Shown here: piece by piece, positions 1-9,127 of the stretch | Numbering within the stretch: the stretch's first letter is position 1 | Layout of the letters: each line of letters opens with the position of its first letter | Origin: an uncultured Chloroflexia bacterium | GTDB lineage: Bacteria; Chloroflexota; Limnocylindria; Limnocylindrales; CSP1-4 | NCBI GenBank assembly: GCA_963828165.1 | Contig: CAWHDR010000001.1 | Coordinates: forward strand, 1,888,001 to 1,952,000 | Length of the DNA: 64,000 nt | Reading direction: 5' to 3' | Translations under genes and position numbers: made by a program | The notes under the pieces: generated by a model | What the model was told of the DNA's origin: nothing | Database searches by the model: none | What the model saw: only the letters and a program-made list of their open reading frames with translations

Positions 1-4
1 GACC

Positions 5-649
5 GTGCGCGAGAACCTGCTTCTGTACGGCCGGTACTTCGGCCTGTCGCGGGCCGAGTGCTCGAAGCGGGCGGATGAGCTGCTCGATTTCGCCCAGCTG
101 ACGGAACGGGCCGGCGACCAGGTCGAACACATGTCGGGCGGGATGAAACGTCGCCTGACGATCGCGCGCAGCCTCATCAACGAGCCAGATCTGTTGCTCC
201 TTGACGAGCCGACCACCGGCCTCGACCCGCAGGCCCGGCACCTGCTCTGGGACCGCCTCTACCGGCTCAAGCAGCGCGGCGTGACGCTCGTGCTGACGAC
301 GCACTACATGGACGAGGCCGAGCAGCTGTGCGACCGCCTCGTGGTCATGGACAAGGCGAAGATCGTGGCCGAAGGCTCACCGCGTGAGCTCATCGAGCGC
401 TATTCCACCCGCGAGGTCACGGAGCTCCGTTTCGCTCCGGGTGTCCAGGAAACCCTCGATGGCCAGCTCGACGGCCTCGCCGAGCGGATCGAGCGCCTGC
501 CGGACCGGGTCCTGCTCTACGCCGACGACGGCGAGGCAGCGGTCGCCGCGGCCCACGCTCGTGGACTCCAGCCCGAGACGGTACTGGTGCGGCGATCCTC
601 GCTGGAGGACGTGTTCCTGCGCCTGACCGGGCGCTCGCTGGCCGACTGA
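5..649 (+). CDS. ABC-2 exporter ATP-binding subunit (NodI-like), 5' end cut by window edge
   Basis: Signature MSGGMKRR, Walker B LLLLDEPT and H-loop TTHY are present; Walker A lies upstream of the window. Stop overlaps the next ATG. Confidence 0.9.
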   Translation: MRENLLLYGRYFGLSRAECSKRADELLDFAQLTERAGDQVEHMSGGMKRRLTIARSLINEPDLLLLDEPTTGLDPQARHLLWDRLYRLKQRGVTLVLTTHYMDEAEQLCDRLVVMDKAKIVAEGSPRELIERYSTREVTELRFAPGVQETLDGQLDGLAERIERLPDRVLLYADDGEAAVAAAHARGLQPETVLVRRSSLEDVFLRLTGRSLAD

Positions 650-1452
650 TGGCGCTGGCGCCGACGCCGGCCTTCAGCGGGATCGGCCGCGTCTTCGAGC
701 ACCGCCTGGTCCTGTATCTCAAGACGTTTCGGGCCAGCATCTTCAGCTCGTTCCTGACGCCGATCCTGTTCCTCACGGCCATGGGACTGGGTCTTGGCGC
801 CTACGTCGACACGAACCAGGCGCTTGGGGGCGTGTCGTACCTGGCATTCCTCGCTCCGGGGCTGCTCGTGGCGGCGTGCATGCAGGTGGCGTCCTTCGAG
901 GCGACCTTCCCGATCATGGCGGGGCTCGTGTGGAGTCGCGTCTACCACGCGATGTACGCCACACCGATCCGCGGCAGCGACATCGCCCTCGGCAACCTTG
1001 CGTGGATGGGCTTTCGGCTGCTGCTGGTGTCCTCGATCTTCACGGTCGTGATCGTGCTGTTCGGGGCGGCGACATCGCCGCTCATCGTGCTTGCCATCCC
1101 GGTCGCGGTCCTGACCGGGCTCGCGTTCGCGGCGCCGATCACGGCCTTCGCCGCGACCCAGCGCACCCCGGAGAAGTTCGCCGCGATCTTCCGGTTCGGG
1201 ATCACGCCGCTCTTCCTGTTCTCGGGGACGTTCTACCCGGTCGAGTCCCTGCCGGCGATCGTCCAGCCGCTGGCGTGGCTGACGCCGCTGTACCACGGGA
1301 TCGTGCTGGCGCGCGGGCTCTCGCTGGGCACGATCGGCGTCGCACCGACGATCCCGTTCGCCCTCCTGCACCTGGCGATCCTTCTCGGCTTCATCGGGGT
1401 CGGCATGTTCTTCGCCGTGCGACTGATCACCGAGAGGCTGGTGCGCGGATGA
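649..1452 (+). CDS. ABC-2 type permease (NodJ-like)
   Basis: Multi-TM protein with YLAFLAPG, FLFSGTFYP and PLYHG motifs typical of ABC-2 permeases; TGATG coupling. Confidence 0.9.
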   Translation: MALAPTPAFSGIGRVFEHRLVLYLKTFRASIFSSFLTPILFLTAMGLGLGAYVDTNQALGGVSYLAFLAPGLLVAACMQVASFEATFPIMAGLVWSRVYHAMYATPIRGSDIALGNLAWMGFRLLLVSSIFTVVIVLFGAATSPLIVLAIPVAVLTGLAFAAPITAFAATQRTPEKFAAIFRFGITPLFLFSGTFYPVESLPAIVQPLAWLTPLYHGIVLARGLSLGTIGVAPTIPFALLHLAILLGFIGVGMFFAVRLITERLVRG

Positions 1453-2249
1453 CGGCGTTCCCGCTGACGAGCGTGTTCCTGATCGGGAGCCGCCGCTCGC
1501 TGCGCCTGGTCGAGCGCAACCTGTTCGTCTACAAGCACGGTTGGCTCGTTCTCCTGTCGGGGTTCTTCGAACCGCTCTTCTACCTGCTCTCGATCGGTTT
1601 CGGGCTCGGTGCGCTCATCGGGACGATCCCGGGCCCGGGCGGGCAACCGATCCCGTACCAGCTCTTCGTCGCGCCCGCCCTGCTGGCCAGCTCCGCGATG
1701 AACGCGGCGATCATGGAGAGCACCTTCAACTTCTTCTTCAAGCTCAACTACAACAAGACCTTCACCTCGATCCTGTCGACGCCGCTCTCGCCGGGGGATG
1801 TCGCGGTGGGGGAGCTGGCGTGGGCGCTGATCCGTGGCGGTCTGTACGCCCTCGGGTTCATGGCGGTCATGGTCGTGCTTGGCCTGGTCGTCTCACCATG
1901 GGTCGTGCTCGCCGTGCCCGCGGCGCTGCTCGTTGGCTTCGCGTTCGGGGCCGTGGGGATGGCGGCGACGTCGTTCATGAAGACGTGGCAGGACTTCGAC
2001 CTCGTCCAGCTGGTCATATTGCCCCTGTTCCTGTTCTCGGCGACGTTCTATCCGATCGAGACGTATCCGGAGGCCTTGCGGGTGGTCGTCCAGCTGACCC
2101 CGCTCTACCAGGGCGTGGACCTGATCCGGTCGCTCACGGTCGGGGCGATCTCGCCCATCCTGTTGTTCCACGTCGCGTACCTGCTGGTGATGGGGTTCGC
2201 GGGGCTGTACGTCGTGTCTCGGCGGCTCGACAAGCTGCTGCTCCAGTAG
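1449..2249 (+). CDS. ABC-2 type permease, second subunit
   Basis: Start ATG 1449 (MTAFPLTSV, ATGA overlap) inside ORF 876..2249; FEPLFYL, FLFSATFYP and PLYQG motifs; paralogous to the upstream permease. Confidence 0.88.
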   Translation: MTAFPLTSVFLIGSRRSLRLVERNLFVYKHGWLVLLSGFFEPLFYLLSIGFGLGALIGTIPGPGGQPIPYQLFVAPALLASSAMNAAIMESTFNFFFKLNYNKTFTSILSTPLSPGDVAVGELAWALIRGGLYALGFMAVMVVLGLVVSPWVVLAVPAALLVGFAFGAVGMAATSFMKTWQDFDLVQLVILPLFLFSATFYPIETYPEALRVVVQLTPLYQGVDLIRSLTVGAISPILLFHVAYLLVMGFAGLYVVSRRLDKLLLQ

Positions 2250-2255
2250 GGTCGC

Positions 2256-2969
2256 GTGCCTGACGGCGGCCCGCCGACCGGTGGTGCGGCACTGCTCGCA
2301 CTGACCGCCGAGATCGTCGCGTGCCGGCGCTGCCCGCGGCTCGTGGCCTGGCGCGAGCTCGTCGCCCGCGAGAAGGTCGCGCGCTTTCGGCACGAGGAGT
2401 ACTGGGGCCGGCCGGTCCCGGGGTTTGGTGATGCGGACGGGCGGATCCTCATCGTCGGGCTGGCGCCGGCGGCCCACGGCGGCAACCGGACTGGGCGGGT
2501 CTTCACGGGTGACGCCTCAGGGGACTTCCTGTGGCCCGCGCTGTATCGCGCCGGGCTGGCGGATCGGCCCGTGTCACGGCGCGCCGACGACGGGTTGACG
2601 CTGACGGGGGTATACATCGCGGCCGCGGTCCGGTGCGCGCCGCCGGCCAACAAGCCGACCATCCTCGAGCGGGACACCTGTGCGCCGTTCCTGGTCCGGG
2701 AGATGGCGCTGCTGGCGTCTGTCCGGGTGGTGCTGGCGCTGGGGTCGTTCGGGTGGGACGCGGCGCTGCGGACGATGGCGGCAGGCGGGCACCACGCGAC
2801 GGGAAGCCGCCCGCGCTTTGGCCACGGAGCCGAAGCGCGTATCGGGCCGTACGTGCTGATCGGCTCGTACCACCCCTCGCAGCAGAACACGTTCACGGGC
2901 CGGTTGACGGCCGCGATGTTCGACGCCGTGATCTCGCGCGCCGTGGAGCTGGCACGCGTCGGATCCTGA
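2256..2969 (+). CDS. udgB: Uracil-DNA glycosylase family 5 (4Fe-4S)
   Basis: CRRCPRL, GLAPAAHGGNRTGRVFTGD, VRCAPPANKP and YHPSQQNT motifs are diagnostic of family 5 UDG. Confidence 0.9.
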   Translation: MPDGGPPTGGAALLALTAEIVACRRCPRLVAWRELVAREKVARFRHEEYWGRPVPGFGDADGRILIVGLAPAAHGGNRTGRVFTGDASGDFLWPALYRAGLADRPVSRRADDGLTLTGVYIAAAVRCAPPANKPTILERDTCAPFLVREMALLASVRVVLALGSFGWDAALRTMAAGGHHATGSRPRFGHGAEARIGPYVLIGSYHPSQQNTFTGRLTAAMFDAVISRAVELARVGS

Positions 2970-3012
2970 CGGCCCCGGCGGGTCACCGGCCGCAGTTCGG
3001 ACTCCGCTCTCG

Positions 3013-3018
3013 TAGACT
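3013..3018 (+). promoter_or_regulatory. Putative -10 box (TAGACT) of a leaderless dnaJ transcript
   Basis: TAGACT lies 8 nt upstream of ATG 3027 with no Shine-Dalgarno between. Confidence 0.5.
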
Positions 3019-3026
3019 TCCGAGCG

Positions 3027-4142
3027 ATGGCCACCACCGAACGGGACCTGTACCAGCTGCTCGGCGTCGAGCGCGGCGCGAGCGATGCCGAGATCAAGCG
3101 CGCCTTCCGCAAGCTCGCCCAGCAGTGGCATCCGGACGTCAACAAGGACCCCGAGGCGGAGGCTCGATTCAAGGAGGCCAGCGAGGCCTACCAGATCCTG
3201 TCGGACCCCGAGCGACGCCAGCGGTACGACATGTTCGGGCGGGCTGGCGTGGATGGCGGTGCCGGTGGTCCGGGGGCGGGCTTCGAGGGGTTCGGCGGCT
3301 TCAGCGACATCTTCGACGCCTTCTTCGGCGGCGCCGCGGGTGGTGGCTCAGCGCGGCGCGGTCGACCGCAGCCCGGCGCGGACCTCCGCTACGACCTGCG
3401 CATCACCTTCGAGGAGGCGGTCAAAGGCACCGAGAAGGAGATCGATTTCCGCGTCCTCGGCCGCTGCGAGACCTGCTCCGGCAGCGGCGCCAAGCCCGGC
3501 ACCGAGGCGACGACCTGCCCGCAGTGCGAGGGCCGCGGCGAGGTCCGCAGCGTCCGCCAGACCATGCTGGGCCAGATGGTCAACGTCAGCGCCTGCCCGC
3601 GGTGTCGCGGCGAGGGCAAGATCGTCGAGACCCCGTGCGACACGTGCAAGGGCGACGGCCGGACGGAGCGCAAGCGCAGCCTTCGGGTGACGATCCCCGC
3701 CGGCATCGACGAAGGGCACCAGATCCGGCTCACGAACGAGGGCGAGGTCGGTGCTCGCGGTGGCCCGGCGGGGTCGCTCTACGTCGCGGTCCACGTCAGC
3801 CCGCACGCCTCGCTCAAGCGCGACGGCACGGAGCTCTACTACCAGGCCCGGGTGTCGATCGCCCAGGCGGCGCTCGGTACGCGCCTCACCGTGCCGACCG
3901 TGGATGGTGACGAGGAAGTCGAGATCAAGCCCGGGACCCAGCCCGACACGGAGATCCGACTGCGCGGCAAGGGCGTGCCCCACGTGCGGCGGAGCGGCTC
4001 GCGTGGCGATCTCCACGTCCTGGTCGATGTCGTCGTCCCGACGAAGCTCAGCAAGAAGCAGCGCGAGTCGCTCGAGGCGTACGCGAAGGACGCGGGCGAG
4101 ACGGTCGGAGGGGGCGGGATCCGCGAGAAGCTCGGGCTGTAG
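3027..4142 (+). CDS. dnaJ: Molecular chaperone DnaJ
   Basis: J-domain HPD motif, G/F-rich linker, four CxxCxGxG zinc-binding repeats, C-terminal domain. Confidence 0.97.
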   Translation: MATTERDLYQLLGVERGASDAEIKRAFRKLAQQWHPDVNKDPEAEARFKEASEAYQILSDPERRQRYDMFGRAGVDGGAGGPGAGFEGFGGFSDIFDAFFGGAAGGGSARRGRPQPGADLRYDLRITFEEAVKGTEKEIDFRVLGRCETCSGSGAKPGTEATTCPQCEGRGEVRSVRQTMLGQMVNVSACPRCRGEGKIVETPCDTCKGDGRTERKRSLRVTIPAGIDEGHQIRLTNEGEVGARGGPAGSLYVAVHVSPHASLKRDGTELYYQARVSIAQAALGTRLTVPTVDGDEEVEIKPGTQPDTEIRLRGKGVPHVRRSGSRGDLHVLVDVVVPTKLSKKQRESLEAYAKDAGETVGGGGIREKLGL

Positions 4143-5096
4143 GTGGCGCGGACCACGGAGGCGGCCTCGCGGGGAGCGTGGCTGGAGCTCGCGATCGAGG
4201 CGGACATCGAGGCCGTCGAGGCGATCAGCGAGATCCTGGGCCGGGTCTCCAGCGGCGGCACGACCGTGGAGCCCGCGTTCGACCTGGTCGACGAAGGGCT
4301 CGGGGCGCGGGTCGATCCGGACCGACCGGCCATCGTCCGCGGGTACGTGCCCGCGCGCGACGCGTCCGCGGCGGAGGCTGCCGCGGCGACGACCGCCGAA
4401 GCGCTCGGTCACCTGCAGGCGTTCGGGCTTCGGAGCATCGGGGAGCTGCGCACCCGTATCGTCCACGAGGAGGACTGGGCCGAGGCCTGGAAGGCCTACT
4501 TCCCGGTGCTGCGCATCGGCCGGCGCCTCGTCATCCGCCCGACGTGGCGGCGGCATCGCCGCGGGCCCGACGACGTGGTCCTCGCCCTCGACCCGGGCAT
4601 GGCCTTCGGGACCGGGCTTCACCCGACGACCCGCCTCTGCCTGGCCGCGCTCGAAACGGTCGCGGAGGACGGCCGAGCCGAAGGGGCACGAGTCCTCGAC
4701 GTCGGCTGCGGCTCGGGCATCCTCGCGATCGCGGCCGTGAAGCTCGGAGCGTCGGATGCGCTCGGCGTCGATACCGACCCGATCGCCATCGAATCGACCG
4801 TGGCCAACGCCCGCCGGAACCGCCTCGCGCGACGCATCCGAGCACGGGCCGGCAGCCTCCCAAGCGGTGAGCCAGCCTTCGACATCGTCCTCGCCAACCT
4901 GATCGCCGGCGTCCTCGTGCCGCTGGCAGGCGCCCTGCGGAACGAGCTGCGGCCGGGCGGGTCGCTCGTGGCGTCCGGGATCTTCGTCGATCGCGAGGCG
5001 GAGGTCCGATCCGCGCTGGAGGCAACTGGCCTCGTGATCCGCGCCCGATCCTCGGAAGGCGACTGGGTCGCGCTGACGGCGACCCGGCCGGGCTGA
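4143..5096 (+). CDS. prmA: Ribosomal protein L11 methyltransferase
   Basis: EEDWAEAWK, LDPGMAFGTGLHPTT, VLDVGCGSGIL and ANLIA motifs; directly after dnaJ. Confidence 0.95.
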   Translation: MARTTEAASRGAWLELAIEADIEAVEAISEILGRVSSGGTTVEPAFDLVDEGLGARVDPDRPAIVRGYVPARDASAAEAAAATTAEALGHLQAFGLRSIGELRTRIVHEEDWAEAWKAYFPVLRIGRRLVIRPTWRRHRRGPDDVVLALDPGMAFGTGLHPTTRLCLAALETVAEDGRAEGARVLDVGCGSGILAIAAVKLGASDALGVDTDPIAIESTVANARRNRLARRIRARAGSLPSGEPAFDIVLANLIAGVLVPLAGALRNELRPGGSLVASGIFVDREAEVRSALEATGLVIRARSSEGDWVALTATRPG

Positions 5097-5135
5097 CAGG
5101 CTCTCCGCCCGCGCCGACCCTACAATCCCAGTCCG

Positions 5136-5594
5136 ATGCCCGCGACCCTGTTCCCGATCGTCCTCGCCGTGCATATCGGCCTGGCCGTCAGCCTGTTCCT
5201 GCCGTCCATCCTGCTGCCATTCACGCTGCGGAGTCGGCGAGCGACCGTCGAGTCCGAGAGCGGGGTCGTTCGCACGCTCCTGTGGGCGCAGTCGCATGGG
5301 ACGTTCGTGATCGGGGCCGGCCTGGCCTTGTCGGGTTTGGCGCTCATCTCGATCCTCGGGCCCCAGATGCTGGCCCAGCCGTGGCTGGTCGTCGCGCTCG
5401 TCATCTACTCCGCCAACCTCGCCATCGCATTCTTCATCCAGCGGCCGAACCTGCGCCGGCTCGTGGGCATCAAGGCCGCGGCCGACGATGCCGTCTGGAA
5501 GGCACGCGCCCGTCGCCAGCGCTACGTTTCATACCTCATGGCGGCGCTCGTCGGGGTCATCGGCTTTCTCATGAGCACGAAGCCCTCGTTCTGA
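5136..5594 (+). CDS. 4-TM membrane protein (DUF2269-like)
   Basis: LAVHI N-terminal His, four hydrophobic helices, C-terminal LMSTKP motif; TACAAT 9 nt upstream. Confidence 0.65.
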   Translation: MPATLFPIVLAVHIGLAVSLFLPSILLPFTLRSRRATVESESGVVRTLLWAQSHGTFVIGAGLALSGLALISILGPQMLAQPWLVVALVIYSANLAIAFFIQRPNLRRLVGIKAAADDAVWKARARRQRYVSYLMAALVGVIGFLMSTKPSF

Positions 5595-5613
5595 GGCCAC
5601 GAAGGAGTCCCCG

Positions 5614-5964
5614 ATGTCTACCACGCCTTGCCTGTTCTGCGGGATCGTGGCCAAGGATGTGCCGGCCACCCGGCTCTACGAGGACGACGAGGTCCTCGCG
5701 ATCCGTGACATCGCCCCGCGAGCCCCGACCCACATCCTGCTCATCTCGCGCCGGCACATCGCCTCGGCGCTCGAGCTGACGGACGCCGACGGGCCGCTGC
5801 TCGGTCGCATGTTCGCCGTGGCTGCGGATCTGGCGCGGTCGGAGGGGATCGCCGACGACGGGTATCGGCTCGTCTCGAACGTCGGCCGTTGGGGCGGCCA
5901 GTCGGTCGATCATCTGCACATCCACCTGATGGGTGGCCGAGCCTTCGAATGGCCGCCCGGGTGA
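5614..5964 (+). CDS. Histidine triad (HIT) nucleotide-binding protein, HinT-like
   Basis: CLFC start, DIAPRAPTHILLI, GQSVDHLHIHLMGGR and WPPG C-terminus; SD aaggag. Confidence 0.95.
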   Translation: MSTTPCLFCGIVAKDVPATRLYEDDEVLAIRDIAPRAPTHILLISRRHIASALELTDADGPLLGRMFAVAADLARSEGIADDGYRLVSNVGRWGGQSVDHLHIHLMGGRAFEWPPG

Positions 5965-5975
5965 GTGGCCGGCGT

Positions 5976-6518
5976 ATGCGGGAGTCCGTGCTTGCCGCGG
6001 CGGCGATGCTCGTCGCCGCCGCTGTCCTCGCCGCCTGCGCGACCGGCGACGGCCCGATCCTCGCCACGTTTCCGGCTGGCAGCCTCGAGCCGGCGGGCAC
6101 GGCCGGCCAGGCAGCAGCCCAGACGCGGATCGAGCTCGTACGTGTCCTCGGCGAGCGCAACCTCGTGCTCCGCGACACGGAGGCTCCATTCCGCCCACCC
6201 GAGGACGTGACCTTCACCACCACACCGCGGGCGATCTACCAGGTCGTGCTCCCGAATGCCCCGACCGAGGGCTTTATCGTCGTCTACGAGTTCCCGGACG
6301 CGGCCGCGGCCGCTGAGGCCGCCGCCGACCAGGCCGCCTACCTCGCGAGCGGCCCGGCCCGCGTCCAGTCGGCGTTCGGATCCAGGCACGTCATGCGGCT
6401 CGTGGGATCGACGGTCGTCCTCTACTCATGGGTGCCCGAAGGCGCCTCAGACGCGCAGCAGCCGGACATCCAGCCGGCCCTCGAAACCCTGGGCACCGGG
6501 GTGCCGATCCCGTCCTAA
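5976..6518 (+). CDS. Putative lipoprotein of unknown function
   Basis: MRESVLAAAAMLVAAAVLAAC signal with lipobox; start is ATG 5976 or GTG 5961. Confidence 0.7.
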   Translation: MRESVLAAAAMLVAAAVLAACATGDGPILATFPAGSLEPAGTAGQAAAQTRIELVRVLGERNLVLRDTEAPFRPPEDVTFTTTPRAIYQVVLPNAPTEGFIVVYEFPDAAAAAEAAADQAAYLASGPARVQSAFGSRHVMRLVGSTVVLYSWVPEGASDAQQPDIQPALETLGTGVPIPS

Positions 6519-8122
6519 GCGGCGGGGTTCGCCCAACGTCGGACCGGGTCGCGCTTGACCTTCAGCGTGTGGGTCCGCGGGAAATCCTCGTCCGGCCATT
6601 GGCGCCAGCCGGCGATCCGTTGATTGGGACCCAGGCTGGCGTTGGCGGCCTTCACCGCGGCGCCGACGCGCGCGCCCACGGCGTCCGGCGTCTCGCCCTC
6701 GAGCGCGAGCACGACCGCCTCGATCCGGCCGGGTTCCGTCTCGACGACCACGGCGTCGCGGATCCCGGCGATCCGGAGGGCGTTCTCGATGTCCTCCGGA
6801 TACACGTTGAAGCCGTTGGGGAGCACGATCATGTCCTTGATCCGGCCGCTGAGGACCAACCGCCCGGCCGCATCGACGTGGCCGAGGTCACCGGTCCGGT
6901 ACCAGCCGTCGTCGGTGAAGGCCACCGCGGTGAGCTCCGGGGCGTTCCAGTACCCGTCAAAGACGGTTCGGCCACGGAACTGGATCTCGCCACTCTCCGC
7001 GATCCGCATCTCGATGCCCTCGGGCGCGCGGCCGACGGTCCCATGGCCATGGTCGTCCAGCGTCGTGCAGGTGCCCGTGCCGGTCTCGGTCGCGCCGTAG
7101 CCCTGGAGGACCGTGACGCCGAGGTCCTCCCACGCTTGTTGCAGCGACGGCGGCAGGAACGCCCCCGACGAGAGGAACAGGCGGAAGTGCCCGCCGAGCT
7201 GCGCGTGGACGCTCCGGAACAGGAGCCGGCGAACCGCGAAGGGCAGGTGGCGCGCGATGCCGCGCAGTCGATCGACCGTCGCGCGCCGGCCCCGCTTGTC
7301 GATCTCGCGCTCGATGGCGCTCCAGAAGAGGTCGAGGACCTGCGGCACCACGACCATCGAGGTCACCCGGTGCTCGCGCAGGGCGTCGAAGATGACCCGC
7401 GGGTTCCGGCTCCGGACGTAGAGGATGTCCGCCCCGACGTCGAGCGCGTAGTACAGCCCGACCGCCTGCTCGAGCAGGTGCGACAGCGGCAGGAGTGAGA
7501 CCAGCCGGTGGTCCATCGGCGGGACGATGTGGTGGAACGACTCGATCGATGCCGCGACGTTGTCGTGGGCGAGCATCACGCCCTTCGGTGTGCCGGTCGT
7601 GCCGCTCGTGAAGATGAGCTGGAACACCTCGTCGGGTTCGGGGCGCTTCCAGGCGGCCTGGCGCGCCTCCCAATCGGACGGGAAGAGCGGGTCGTCTGCC
7701 GCCGGCTCGGCCGAGAGCGCCTCGACGGTCGTCGTCGGGAAGTCGGCGAGGCCGGCCGTAGCCGGGTCGGGCGCGTCACGGCCTGTGCCCAGGATCAGAT
7801 GGCGCGCCCCCGAAGCGCGAACGATGGTCGCGACCGCGTCCGTCGACATGCGCAGGTCGAGCGGCACGATCACGAGGCGGGCGTGCATCGCCCCGAAATA
7901 CGCGGCCGGCAGCTCCGGGCTCGATGGGCTCCAGGTCAGGATCCGGTCGCCGGGCTCGAGGTCGAGCGCCCGAAGCCGCCAGGCAGCCATCCTAGCGCGT
8001 CGATCGAGATCGCGGTACGACCAATGCGCGCCCGATCCATCGTCAGAGCGCAGGCCCAGGGCCGGCCGATCGCCGAAGCGCGTCACGGCGCGCTCGAGCA
8101 GGTCGATCAGGGTCATCGGCAC
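6515..8122 (-). CDS. AMP-binding enzyme, long-chain acyl-CoA synthetase-like
   Basis: FTSGTTGTPKG, LPLSH, QGYGATE, WYRTGDLG, GRIKDMI and NVYPEDIE motifs. Confidence 0.92.
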   Translation of the reverse strand: MPMTLIDLLERAVTRFGDRPALGLRSDDGSGAHWSYRDLDRRARMAAWRLRALDLEPGDRILTWSPSSPELPAAYFGAMHARLVIVPLDLRMSTDAVATIVRASGARHLILGTGRDAPDPATAGLADFPTTTVEALSAEPAADDPLFPSDWEARQAAWKRPEPDEVFQLIFTSGTTGTPKGVMLAHDNVAASIESFHHIVPPMDHRLVSLLPLSHLLEQAVGLYYALDVGADILYVRSRNPRVIFDALREHRVTSMVVVPQVLDLFWSAIEREIDKRGRRATVDRLRGIARHLPFAVRRLLFRSVHAQLGGHFRLFLSSGAFLPPSLQQAWEDLGVTVLQGYGATETGTGTCTTLDDHGHGTVGRAPEGIEMRIAESGEIQFRGRTVFDGYWNAPELTAVAFTDDGWYRTGDLGHVDAAGRLVLSGRIKDMIVLPNGFNVYPEDIENALRIAGIRDAVVVETEPGRIEAVVLALEGETPDAVGARVGAAVKAANASLGPNQRIAGWRQWPDEDFPRTHTLKVKRDPVRRWANPAA

Positions 8123-8233
8123 GAACGGGAATCCTCGGGCGGGTCGTCGAATGCTACGACGACGCCATCGGGGCGTTCACGTGACAGCGCGGAAGCGGCG
8201 ATCTGGCCGTTCCAAGCGTGCTTTCGGGCGCGT

Positions 8234-8262
8234 TTGACCCACCCGAGGCCCTCGGGTAGACT
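8234..8262 (+). promoter_or_regulatory. sigma70-type promoter of rpsU
   Basis: TTGACC (8234-8239), a 17-nt spacer, then TAGACT (8257-8262). Confidence 0.7.
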
Positions 8263-8364
8263 CCGGCGGCTCTGGCGGCCCCCGCTTGAGCACACGTCCA
8301 GCCGGCCGGCCGCGCGCCGGACGTGAACGAGAACGAGACCCGGGTCGGAGGAGGTGAACACCGA

Positions 8365-8550
8365 TTGGCTGAAGTCCGAGTGGGAGAGAACGAGACGTTC
8401 GAAAGCGCCCTGCGCCGCTTCAACAAGAAGATCCAGCAGAGCGGCATCCTCGCCGAGGCTCGCCGCCGCGAGCACTACGAGAAGCCTTCCGTGAAGCGGA
8501 AGCGCAAGGAAGCCAAGCGCAAGAAGAACGCCCGAACGCAGGCCGGCTGA
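8365..8550 (+). CDS. rpsU: 30S ribosomal protein S21
   Basis: TTG start after strong SD GGAGGAGGTGA; [10 protein letters not shown]...[16 protein letters not shown] is canonical bS21. Confidence 0.96.
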   Translation: MAEVRVGENETFESALRRFNKKIQQSGILAEARRREHYEKPSVKRKRKEAKRKKNARTQAG

Positions 8551-8628
8551 GCGGGGTCACCCGCATCGACCGGAACCACTGCGGCCCCACGGGCGTTGCT
8601 GAACGACCGCCCGAGGTAGCCATCAACG

Positions 8629-9108
8629 GTGTCCCTTCGTGATCGAGTCCAGACCGATATCACCGCTGCGATGCGCAGCGGTGACGCCCTGCGCCGCGAC
8701 GTCCTGCGCATGGCGACCAATGCCGCCTACAACGTCGAGAAGCGCAACCAGAAGCCGCTGACCGACGACGAGTTTCTGGCCGTCCTCACCCGCGAGGTGA
8801 AGACGCGCCGCGAATCGGTCGATGCCTACGCGAAGGCCGGACGTGAGGATCTCGCCGCGAAGGAGCAGGCGGAGATCGCCATCCTCGACGAGTACCTGCC
8901 GGCCGCGTTGAGCGAGTCCGAGATCGCCTCGCTGGTCGAAGAAGCCGTGGCAGCAACCGGAGCGACGAACCCGCGCGACATGGGCAAGGTCATGGGTTGG
9001 CTCGCTCCGCGCACCCGCGGCCGCGCCGACGGCAAGATCGTGAGCGGCCTTGTGGCCAGCCGGCTCGCTCAGGCGGACCTCGCCGCGCACGACCGGAGTC
9101 CGCATTGA
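8629..9108 (+). CDS. yqeY: GatB/YqeY domain protein
   Basis: KTRRESVDAYAKAGREDL, ILDEYLP, DMGKVMG and GRADG motifs; follows rpsU. Confidence 0.92.
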   Translation: MSLRDRVQTDITAAMRSGDALRRDVLRMATNAAYNVEKRNQKPLTDDEFLAVLTREVKTRRESVDAYAKAGREDLAAKEQAEIAILDEYLPAALSESEIASLVEEAVAATGATNPRDMGKVMGWLAPRTRGRADGKIVSGLVASRLAQADLAAHDRSPH

Positions 9109-9127
9109 ACCGCGCGAGCGCCGGCCG

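Noticed and set aside
3348-5297. Long antisense and alternate-frame ORFs (e.g. 3348..5297-, 15322..17403-, 23755..25902-, 59708..62197-)
   Set aside because: They shadow well-supported genes, have Arg/Gly/Pro-rich composition without motifs, and are expected in high-GC DNA with few stop codons.
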